The position numbers and the translations under genes were made by a program. The notes under the pieces are model-generated. The model did no database searches, was not told the origin of the DNA, and saw nothing but the letters and a program-made list of their open reading frames with translations. This document shows positions 53,686 through 64,000 of a stretch of DNA of 64,000 nucleotides, in pieces (within the stretch, counting starts at the first letter, position 1; every line of letters starts with the position of its first letter). The DNA is from Eledone cirrhosa (Eukaryota). The DNA is taken from positions 257,238,001 to 257,302,000 of the forward strand of contig OZ024743.1 in NCBI GenBank assembly GCA_964016885.1. The letters are read 5' to 3'.

Positions 53686-53754
53686 AGTGACTTAGGTCCG
53701 CTACTGTTTGAAGTGCTCAACCCGTGTGGGAGTATATATATATATATATACATG

Positions 53755-53830
53755 CAGGGTGTCCTAAAAAATCTATACAAACTTCAACAGCATCCTAATC
53801 AATGTGTAAACATTTCTTTGGGACATCCAG
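53755..53830. mobile_element. Tiny Tc1/mariner-type MITE
   Basis: CAGGGTGTCCTAAA ... TTTGGGACATCCAG. Confidence 0.45.
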
Positions 53831-53894
53831 TATATAGCCGTCGAAACGGCTTGAGCTCTGCCGTCGGGGTTAAACATTTTCCAATAAATAGATA

Positions 53895-54186
53895 ATTATA
53901 TTTCTTTATTTGCCACGGGGGGCGTACAAAAATGGAACATTACAAGACGTGACGGCGGGGATTTTACATAAAAATAACTTTAACATTAATAAATAACAAT
54001 AAACTATATATATAATAAAATAACAATTGAAATCCCCAGTAGGGGGGAAACGTTACTGCACAGTTGTTTTACACCCCGTGGATAGAACAATCCTCAACAC
54101 CAGGAAGACGTTTTGTAGGTGTTCCTGTTTTCCCTCTGTTTATCCTCCTCAACCTACAGGTTTATATACAGAGAAGGCCCATTCAC
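53895..54186 (-). mobile_element. 5'-truncated 3' end of an L1/Tx1 relative
   Basis: Minus strand GTGAATGGGCCTTCTCTGTATATAAACCTGTAGG...GTGGCAAATAAAGAAAT matches 61233-61268 and 61488-61506. Confidence 0.8.
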
Positions 54187-54215
54187 TATAAATAGATAGA
54201 TAGATAGACACATAG

Positions 54216-54253
<38 letters not shown>

Positions 54254-55019
54254 ACACACAGAGGCATACACATATATATAAGCACACAGAAGCATACACA
54301 TATATATAAACACACACACATTTAAATGGAGTCACTCCGTCGGTTACGACGACAAGTGTTCCAGTTGATACGATCATCAGAACAGCCTTGTCGTGAAATC
54401 AACGTGCAAATGGCAGAGCATTCCACAGACACACCTACCCTTTATGTAATTCTCAGGGAGATTCAGTGTGACACAGTGTGGGGAAAGGCTGGTCCTTCAA
54501 ATTACAGGTACAATTTATTTTTGCCAGCTGAGTGGACTGGAACAACCTGAAATGAAGTGCCTTGCTCAAGGTCAGAACATGCCGCCAGGAATCGAACTCA
54601 CGACCTTTCGATTGTGAGCCAAATACCCTAACCACACGCTTTCACACACATAAATAAAGATATAAACACACACACATACACACACACACATATACACACG
54701 CACTCATATATAGAAGCAACACAAAAAATAAATATAAACACACATATATAAATAAACACTCATATATAAAAACACACATATATATATAAACAAACACACA
54801 CATAAATATATACATACACATATATATATCTAAACACTCACACATACACATATATAAACACTCACACACATACATATAAACATGCACACGCATATATATG
54901 CACACACACACACACACACACATATACATTTAAACACCCACACTCTTATACAGAGCCACTTTATGGTGAAACACAATATTAAAACATTTTTCTTCCCTCT
55001 TGCAATTATTTTGTTATTC

Positions 55020-55812
55020 TCTCTCAAAATATTAACTTTCTCACCCTCTCTACATAACGCTAGACGCCTCACTCTCTCTCACTAGACCAATATTCTCCCT
55101 CTCTCAATAAACCACCAAAATCTCACCCTCTCTACATCTGACTACATGCCTTACTCTCTCACTCTCACAGTTCCCCCTCTCTATATATCCAATTACATAC
55201 CTCACTCTCTTTCACTCTCACAATTCACCCTCTCTCATTAAACCGCAAAAAATCTCCTCCTCTCTATATACCACTACATACCACACGCTATCATTTTCAC
55301 AATTCCTCCTCTCACAATACAACCAAATTCTCTCTCCCTTTCTATATTCCACTACATACCACCTCACTCTTTCTCACTAGACCACCGAAATCTTTCTCTC
55401 CTGCTCTATATCTCACTACATACCTCACTCTAGCTCACTCCCTTAATTTCCTCTCTCTCATTAAACCGATAAACTATTTCCCTTTCTCTCTCTATCTCAC
55501 TACATACCTCACTCTCTCTTACACTTTCCCCTCCCTGACTAGACCACCAAATTCTCTCGCCCTATCTATACCTCACTACAAACCTCACTCTATCTCACAA
55601 TTCCCTCTCTCTCACTAAAGCAACAACCCCCCCCTCACTCTATTCCACTAAATACCTCACTCTCTCTCTCTCTCTGTCTCTCTCACAATAACCCTCTCTC
55701 ACCAAACCAATAAACTCCCTGACCCTCTCTATAACCCACTATATACCACACTAGCTCTGACAATTCACCCCTTTCTCAGTAGACCACCAAATTTTCTCCC
55801 CCTCTCTATATC
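55020..55812. repeat. CT-rich ~60-70-bp satellite (continues 61507-62115)
   Basis: Repeated CTCTATATYCCACTACATACCTCACTCTC...ACTARACCA units. Confidence 0.85.
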
Positions 55813-56018
55813 AATTACCACTTGATATAGACGTGATTTACTTTGCTCCGGATTTTTGCGGATTGTTGTAAAAAAGAACTGTGAGTTTATTGAACAATTT
55901 AATAACATTGTTTGGTTTAGCCCCTTGCCTTGGCCGTCAGACGTTAAGTCAACAAATTTTCGCCCCTTTCTGGGGCGAAATTTTCAATTTTCATCTAAAA
56001 GCTGTAGACTTGGTGGCA

Positions 56019-57786
56019 ATGGATGCCATTTCCACCTCGCATACTGTCGTGAGTGCCACGCCCACTAAGAAAAGTGGTGGAGGCAAGGTAGGAGTACAAA
56101 GCTTGCAGCCGTCCCCCCTCGCATCATCGAAAAACGTGGAAAATATCGAAACCGCGAAACCAAATCCGGCAAATAATACCAGCACCAACAACAAGAACAA
56201 TGACAACAACACCACAACCAACAACTGCAACAATAGCAACACCAATATTGCCAACAGTGACAGTAACACGAAAGACAACAACACCAAAACAACATTTGCA
56301 CAGACCGTAAAAAAAAACGAACTATACACGCCAATAGACATAACAAATGCTAAACAACTATTACAAGACGCAAAACAATTCGTGACTTTTGGCGAAAACG
56401 GTGCTTTTAGCATCAATTCTCCACAGGAATTACGTAGAGAGGCTGTCCTGAAAACTGTGGTTTTCAGGACAATATCGAACGTAACAAGAAAACCAGTTCA
56501 ATTATCACAAAATGAAATTGAGCTGGTTCTAAAAGACGCAATGAAGGACTTAACCTTCATACAAAAAGGTAAACTGTTTGGTAGCATTTCGGTGCTGATG
56601 AACAACCAGTCAACAGCTCAAAAGTACTCGATAGCACCCATTGTGTCCCCCCACTTCACCTTTTACCCCACATACAGGGGAAAAGGGACACAAAGAATAA
56701 AAATAATGAGTATCACACCAAATGTAAACATTTGGTGGATACTATGTGGAATAATAAACTTTGACGAAGACAAGATAATTTCAATAGGAAAGTCCTCCGG
56801 AGGTGTATTTGGTGGGACCACCGTAGAAGTTCTGGTGCAAATGAGCCCAGAACGAATAGCGAATATCCCACAACGCGTGCCTCTGGACGGGCTAACTTAT
56901 ATAAACATTTCAGTGGAGGGAAGGCGGCCGTCATGTTACCACTGCTTAAGCAGGGGTCACCTGAGGGCTGCCTGTCCTCAATTAACGAGTCAAAAAAAAA
57001 AGGCCCTTCTGCCAATCCCGAACACAACAACACAACAACCACCACCACCACCACCACAACAACAACACGGAAAAATAACAACACAAAACACTGTTCCACC
57101 CAACCCCTCCCCACCTAAAACAAATACAAAACAACCACAACAAAACCCCAAAATATACCCCTCCCCAACAACACGGAAGAGGACTCCGTATCAACGTCAC
57201 CCAGTGACGACGAGGAAGAACCCTTTCAACAGGTGAAAAGGAAAAAAAAAGGCACCACATTAACAAAAATGCTACAAACACACAACCACCAGCACAAACA
57301 GAACAAACATCACAAATAAAAAAACCCACCCCTCCCCAAAACATAACACGTACTACAAAACGCAAACACCCGCAAGAACAACAAACAAAAACAAACACAA
57401 CACAACAAAAACTCTATACATACATTAACAAGAACAATAAAACGTTGATGAAAGCGATAGAAAATAACCCTTCGGTGGAAAACGAAGGGATCACTTTCAC
57501 CTACGCAGCGAACAAACCGCACCTAATGATGATTAGGGTCCCAACGGAAACCTATGTAACTTTGAAAAAGAACCATCCAATGCATGTGGGGACCAACTGC
57601 ACCAAACCACATAACAGCGTCCTATTGAGATGTTTCCCCACACCAGACACCCACACCCCACCAAACACCCTAATCCCACCAAACACTGATGTCCTCACCC
57701 CACTACAAACCACCACCCCACCAAACAACCCTTCCAACACCCCCATGGAAATTGTGCAGGCTGGTCCCCAGGAGACGAAGAGGTAA
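56019..57786 (+). pseudogene. L1/Tx1 ORF1 (gag-like, CX2CX4HX4C), frameshifted in the low-complexity C-terminal half
   Basis: CYHCLSRGHLRAAC; ATG at 56019 is in frame with ORF 55881-57236; continues in a different frame to the stop at 57786. Confidence 0.75.
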
Positions 57787-57828
57787 GTAATTTCCTTTCC
57801 TCTTCCTTTTTACCTCTTCAACACCAAC

Positions 57829-60800
57829 ATGGCCAATATAAGAGTTGGATGTGTGAATGCACGCGGCTTGGGGATGTCCTGGAAACAGGGAAAACTCTTA
57901 AATGACCTCAGGTCGCACAGAGTGGATGTAATGGTTATTTGCGAGTCCAGGATCAGCAGCGAGCGCCAACTGGCCCCCATCTTCGACGACTTTGAGATCT
58001 ACGCATCTATCTGTCAGCCGAGGGGTCGGGGTGGGGTTGTCGTTCTGCTGCGAAAATACCTGGGTCTTGCCACACAGAAGGTACACCTGGACCCGGAGGG
58101 TCGACTGGTGGTTTTAGACGTCGGCAGTGGTGAAGGTGGAGCTTTCAGGCTGGTGGCAGCGTATGCCCCATCGGGGACACCGCGACCGGACTTCTTCCGA
58201 CGCCTGGAGAATTTCCTGGGAACGTCTCGCTCCTTGCTTTTAGTGGGGGACTGGAATGGTATCCTGGATGCACGTTGGGACTATGTAGGGACATGTCCCG
58301 ATAGAGTGGGGTGTAACAGCCTCAAACGATTAATCGGCCGATTTGATCTGGCCGATAGATATCGACTGGATTTTCCGACTGTGCCACGGTGCACGTGGAG
58401 TAATCTCAGCGGAACATCCAGGTCGTACCTAGATAGGTTCCTAGTTAGAAATAAGGATAGGGACATATTAAGATGTCCACGAATGTTCATGGTTGACTAT
58501 TCGGATCACAAGTTGTTGACCGGAGTGGTCAACCTTGATAGAACTCATAGACAGGGACCCGGTTACTGGAAACTAAACTTGTCTTTACCGACAAACAAAG
58601 CTTACAGTAAGCGGATTAGCACACTAGTTAAGCAGCGTTTGACGGGGGCAATTGTCAACAACAGGTGGCGGGGCTCTCTCAAGAGAGAAATTAGAATAGA
58701 ATCGATAGGTTTTAGTCGGGAATTAGCATCAGATAGGAATAGAACTGAAAGGGAATTAACAAATAGAGTAGAAGAGGCGATTAGGAGTGGCAACGTGGCC
58801 GGCGTGCTGGCGTCAAGAACGGCCCTAGACCAGTTCTTTGATGCGAAGCATGAGGGCTACGTTGTCAGGAGTAAAATACGTGCTCTGGGTAACGAGGGGG
58901 CCAAAGCTGTTAGCTGGGCCCGAGTGACAGAGGAAAAAAGTGGAAACAAATCCACGATTCGGTCTTTGAAGGACCAGGATGGACGCGTGATCATTGAACC
59001 TGAGCGGATGAGCGCGGCCTTTCAACGGCGCTTTGCACGACTGTTCGGGAGGGACAGTGGGCCGGGTGGAGCCATGGATTTCGGTCCATACCTCGACGGT
59101 CTGGCGCGGCTCTCGGACGGGGAGGCGAAGTCCTGCGAGAGGCCGATTTCAGCCGCTGAAATAGGGGAAGCGCTGAGCCAATGCGGCAAACGCAAATCTC
59201 CGGGTCTCGATGGTCTACCATACGAACTTTATGTAGCGATGCCGGGCTTGTTCTCCGGTTTCCTCGAGGCAGTCTACTGCAACTGGCAACAGAACGGGAG
59301 AATTCCCAGTTCTGTGACCAAGGGCGTAGTCACGCTGGTGAGGAAGGATGAGAACAAGGGGGATGACATAGATAACTTCAGGCCCATAACTCTGCTAAAC
59401 ACAGAGTTAAACATTTTGGCCAAGGTGTTAGCGAAGAGGTTGGCGCTTGTCGTCGGGAACCTGGTGGGAGAAGCGCAGACATGCGCAATCCCGTCCAGGT
59501 CCATACACGACAACCTCCACCTCATGCGATACATCGTAGAGAGGGTAGGGAACGAACCCGGCTTTAGTGGGGCCCTGATCAACTTGGATCAATCTAAAGC
59601 GTTCGATAGGGTTGACCATCGGTACCTGGATGCGGTGCTCGCGGCGGCAGGCTTCGGACCCGTTTTCAGGGGCTGGATTGCTGCAATACACAGCAGCAAC
59701 ATCTGCTCGAGGGTCAAGGTGAACGGCTACCTCTCGGAGCCGTTCAAAATCACGCGATCCATTCGACAGGGATGCCCTCTCTTCTCCCTCCTGTATGTGC
59801 TGGCTCTCAAGCCACTACTGAGGAGGCTGGAGCTGTTGCAGGGCATCCCCTTGGAAGCGGGATTGCAGAAAGCGGTGTCGGCCTACGCCGATGACGTGAC
59901 AGTAATGGTGTCGTGCGCCTCAGAAATCGGGCAGATCGGCACCTTACTGGAGGAATATGAAAGGTTCACAGGAGCCAAGCTGAACCGGGACAAGTCCGTC
60001 GGTTTGCAACTCGGGACATGGAGGGGCAAAACGATGCCCTCCGACGGCATCGTCGGACGCTGGACGGAGGGACCGGTGAAGCTGCTCGGGGTCTGGTTCG
60101 GACCGGACCTCCAGGTGGAGAAAAACTGGGACGAGGTAACGGGCAAGGTGTTTGCACTCGCCCAGAAGTGGGCCGAGTGCAAACTATCCCTGAAAGGTCG
60201 AACCGAGGTGGCGAACGCTTATATAGCGTCCGTCATCTACTACTGCTTGACCGTCGTGCCTTGCCCAGAGAAAACACTCGCCAAAATAGAGCGGGCGCTC
60301 TTCCGATTTCTTTGGAAGAAGCGGGCTTCTTTGGTGAGAAGATCCATCTGCTGTCAACACCCTTAGAACGGAGGGCTGGGGATGCCGTGGCTGACGATGC
60401 GTAGACACGCATTAAGGCTACGGCATCTCCAGGTATTCCTCACCGGTCAGCCGGTGTGGGCCCTGTTTGTGAGGCGAGCCTTTCCGAGACTCGTCTCACT
60501 CACCGAGCTGCAATCCTGGGTCAAGCAAAGACCGAGAAAAGTGGGCGACTGGCACATTGAATGTGCCCGGGCGCTCACGGCCCTCTGGCAAACGGATCCG
60601 GCAATCAGTGGAGACTCAACCTCAACATTCTATAGAGGGTTGGTGCGCAGTAAGTGCGACGACGCTCTCGGAGAGGCTCTGGGCATGGAGGAAGACGAGC
60701 TGGCCAGTCTGTTCGGTAGGACGTTTGGCCCGGGACCGATGGACAACTTCCAAAAGTCCCTGGCTTGGCAATGTTACCGAGGAGCTCTACCCGTTCGGGA

Positions 60801-61266
60801 CAAGCTCTACAGACACGGGCGCCCGGGTAGGGACCCCTCGAAGAAGATCTGTCCAAGATGCGTGCGTGACGAGGAAACCGTCGCACACACATTCGTACAC
60901 TGCCCGGGCGTTGCTGACCTGTGGGGCTATGGAGAACGACTACTGTCGCGGATGGGACCAATCCGGTTGACCACCGAGAACATTGTCACAATCAAACCGC
61001 CTCCCCCTTTCAAAAACGAAGGAGAGGCGGTTTTCCTCTGTGTGATAGCCATGGCGAAAGAAGTTGTATGGTGGACAAGGTTGAAAGGGCTGAGGTCAGA
61101 CACCTATCTCTCCGGCCAACAACTGGTCTTTTTTTTCAAGTACCACTTTAGAAGAAGGATCAGAATGGAGAGAGAGGTGCTCTACCCCAGCAAGTTTTAT
61201 GAAAGATGGGTGAAAGTAGCGAGAATGGCCCGAGTGAATGGGCCTTCTCTCTATATCAGCCTGTAG
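57829..61266 (+). pseudogene. L1/Tx1 ORF2 (APE endonuclease, RT, C-terminal CCHC) with a single in-frame TAG at 60364-60366
   Basis: CVNARGL, AYAP, GDWN, LDRF, SDH, KSPGLDGLP, FRPITLLN, DQSKAFDRV, RQGCP, YADD, GGLGMP, CPRC..ETVAHTFVHC. Both ORFs are in the same frame. Confidence 0.93.
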
Positions 61267-62383
61267 GTGAGAGAGGAGAAGAATGAGAAGAGGAAGGAAG
61301 CACCCGCTCTTTGTGCTCCTGAAGAGGAGGGTTGCACATGTTTTCGGGGGTGTGTGCGACCCATGTCAACGCCCCTCCCTATTGAGGACATCGATTGTTA
61401 AATTTAATTTGTTATATGTTTTTTACACGTCTTTTTAAATGTATGTAAACTCCCCCCTTTGTATTTGTGCCAATCTTTGATGCCCTGGTGGCAAATAAAT
61501 AGAAATATATATCTCACTACATACAACACACACTCTAACACTTCCCCCTCTCTCTCTAGACCTCCAAATTCTATCCCCCTCTATATATTCCACTACATAT
61601 CACACTCTCTCTCTCACACTCTTAAGCTCCCTCCCTCACTAGGCCAATAAACTCTCATCTCTCTCTATAACGCACTACATACATTACACTCTCTCACATT
61701 TCAACCACTCTCACCAGACCACCAATCAATCTCCCCCTCTCTATATCCTACTACATACCTAACTCACTCTCAGAATTCCTCCTCTCTCACTAGACACCCT
61801 ATTTCTCTCGCTCTCTCTATATTCCACTACATAACTCACTCTCTTAATTCCCCCTCTCTCACTAAACCAAAAAATACTCTCCCACACTCTATATGCCACT
61901 ACATACCTCACTCTCACTCATAATACCCCTCACGCACTAAACCAACAAATTCTCGCTCTCTATATTCCACTACGTACCTCACTCTCACAATACCCACCCT
62001 CTCACTAAACCAACAAATTCTCTCCCGCTCTCTATATCCCACTACATACCTCACTCTCTCTCACACAATTCCCCTTTTCACTTGACCACCAAATTCTCTC
62101 TCCCTTTCTATATCCTAATAAAATATTTTTGACTTTGAAACAACGAATGTTTTGATCTTCTGTAAAGAAAGACAAAGTTCTCCCCCCCCCCCCTTTGAAC
62201 CACTTGGTGTGGGGGAGATGTTTCCTTTTTTGGGTTGTGTGCTTTTGTTGCATTATTTGACAGGAGTTTAAAATATGTGGTGGTAGAGGGGTGAGGTGGT
62301 GTCGGTAGTTATGTGGTGGTGTAGAAGATGGTGGGATGATAGTGTGTTTTTGTCGGTGGTGTTTGTTTATTTTGAATATAACT

Positions 62384-62525
62384 ATCTATCTATATACTAC
62401 TAAAACTCTGTAATTGTGCGCTTGTCTGTAAAGTAATACAGCCAAAACGGCGCATAATGGGAAAATACTTTGTAACAAAGTTGCCCCTGAAATGGGAATA
62501 CAAATTGAAGAAAACAAGTTCCGCG
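62384..62525 (+). mobile_element. Possible Helitron-type 5' end fragment
   Basis: TCTATCTATATACTACTAAAAC start; shares GGGAAAATACTTTG..AAGTTGCCCCTGAAATGGGAATACAAA with 49200-49245. Confidence 0.4.
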
Positions 62526-62542
62526 TAAATCGATGACATACA

Positions 62543-62600
<58 letters not shown>

Positions 62601-62643
62601 GAGAGTAAAACAAAGAAGCCTTCAATACATCAAAAGTCTTTAT

Positions 62644-62685
62644 TAGCCGACAATGTTTCGTCATATTAAGGACTCATAAGGGCAA
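62644..62685 (-). ncRNA. Minimal hammerhead motif with core mutation (CTTATGA), at the end of an AT-rich element running off the window
   Basis: GCC-CTTATGA-GTC.cttaatat.GAC-GAAA-CATTG-TC-GGC, then AATAAA and (TA)n. Confidence 0.65.
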
Positions 62686-64000
62686 TTAAAACAACAAGAA
62701 GTAATATCGGTAGATACATGCCGGAAGCTCCGAAGAATATGGAGTGTACATACACTAAAGTATTGCAAAAATATATAATAAAAATAATAAAAATATATAA
62801 TAAAAATTACTAAGGATGTATATAACATTAAGAACCATATTACAAATATAGTCCAAAGCAAAAAAAAACCTAGAGCTAAACAAAGGTGGTTATATAGAAC
62901 AGGAATTATATATAATACAATGTAATATAATATAATATAATATAATATACCTTTACCAACATTAAAATTACAATAAAAATCAAAAGGTACAATATGCATA
63001 TGTATATATGTGCGCACACGTACACACACATACAACAATACACACATCCATCTTCAACTGCACAAATTAAATCTTATTAAGAGTTTGAATACAAAAATAA
63101 GCATGATAGGAATGAAAATAATAATAATAATAATAATACTAATACATCTACCCAATATACATGAGGTAATAATATGATATAATTATAAGTAGCACATATA
63201 ATAAATAATAAATAATACAATTATATACTATATCATACAATATAATAGGATAGATAATCTCCGGTTAATTTACACAAACAATATAGATGTCACAATAATA
63301 ATATAATAATAATATATTAACATTTACAATATACAATATACTAACATTTATAATAAACAATATAAAGGTGCTCAAGTTAACAAATCAATTCATACTGGGT
63401 TACAGAGTCGGTGAGGAAAAATAAATTGTACAATAACCCCAAAAAATGTTGGTGGCACAAAAGTACAAACATCTTACATGATATATAAAGTTTAACATAT
63501 CATAATGTTACATATAATTAACGGTAAGTAATAAGGATCAATATTACAATAAAAAATACAATATAATATAATATATTATATAAAATAAATTAACATAATA
63601 TAATATATAATTACTTATAATTACAAGGTTGGCAGACAGACATGTATATGGATGAGTGAGTAAGTGCCAGACAGTAAATATAATGCACAGTAGTATTACA
63701 AATAAAATACAAAATATAACATATAGAATAAAATAAACAAATAGAATCAACAGGAAATTAAAAAACAAAAACAAACGTATACATTTAGGTCTCACATGCA
63801 GTTAAGTAGTTAGGTAAAAACTAAGGAAACAACCCCTGTAAATGACTCGAAAACCCTATTTGATAAATTAATATTAAAAATATTTAAACTATCCAATAAG
63901 GCAGTATAATATTAGCTATAGTTTAAGTCATTAAAGTTTATAAACGTTAATATTTCGTTACAAATGTTTACAAAAAGGAATGAAAATTTGTTATTATCAT

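Larger units (their letters stand above)
55813..61506 (+). mobile_element. Full-length L1/Tx1-clade LINE
   Basis: ORF1 with CCHC knuckle, ORF2 EN-RT-zinc finger, AATAAA-containing end; interrupts the satellite. Confidence 0.93.

Noticed and set aside
57781-57830. GTAAGT donor-like site plus pyrimidine tract between Tx1 ORF1 and ORF2
   Set aside because: No AG acceptor before the ORF2 ATG; pyrimidine-rich spacers are common in these elements.

Overview
AT-rich, microsatellite-dense eukaryotic (animal) genomic DNA made almost entirely of transposon-derived sequence. The SINE types and the (TA)n density suggest a cephalopod such as Octopus, but that is inference only. I found no host protein-coding exon. 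Recognisable elements: two Helitron helicase remnants with intact hairpin+CTAG 3' ends; a near-full-length CR1-like LINE (PHD-type ORF1, EN+RT ORF2); a near-intact L1/Tx1-type LINE inserted in a CT-rich satellite; a Penelope-like element (PLE) of Naiad type (RT + C-terminal GIY-YIG) plus a second PLE remnant; many RTE fragments and SINEs. The feature the ORF track does not show is non-coding: about 20 hammerhead ribozyme (HHR) motifs (CTGANGA...GAAA...TH, type I, mostly minimal with palindromic stem III) from roughly ten unrelated short repeat families. They lie in tandem and/or inverted (palindromic) arrangements, usually between (TA)n tracts. The best example is a 310-bp HHR-bearing monomer arranged as tandem copies on both arms of a ~1.07-kb palindrome (19087-20160). 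A diverged relative at 38.5-38.9 kb keeps the stems through compensatory and G-U changes. Together these look like a set of non-autonomous, retrozyme-like (viroid-like circRNA) elements parasitising PLEs. All folding and alignment was done by eye, and coordinates of degenerate repeats are approximate.
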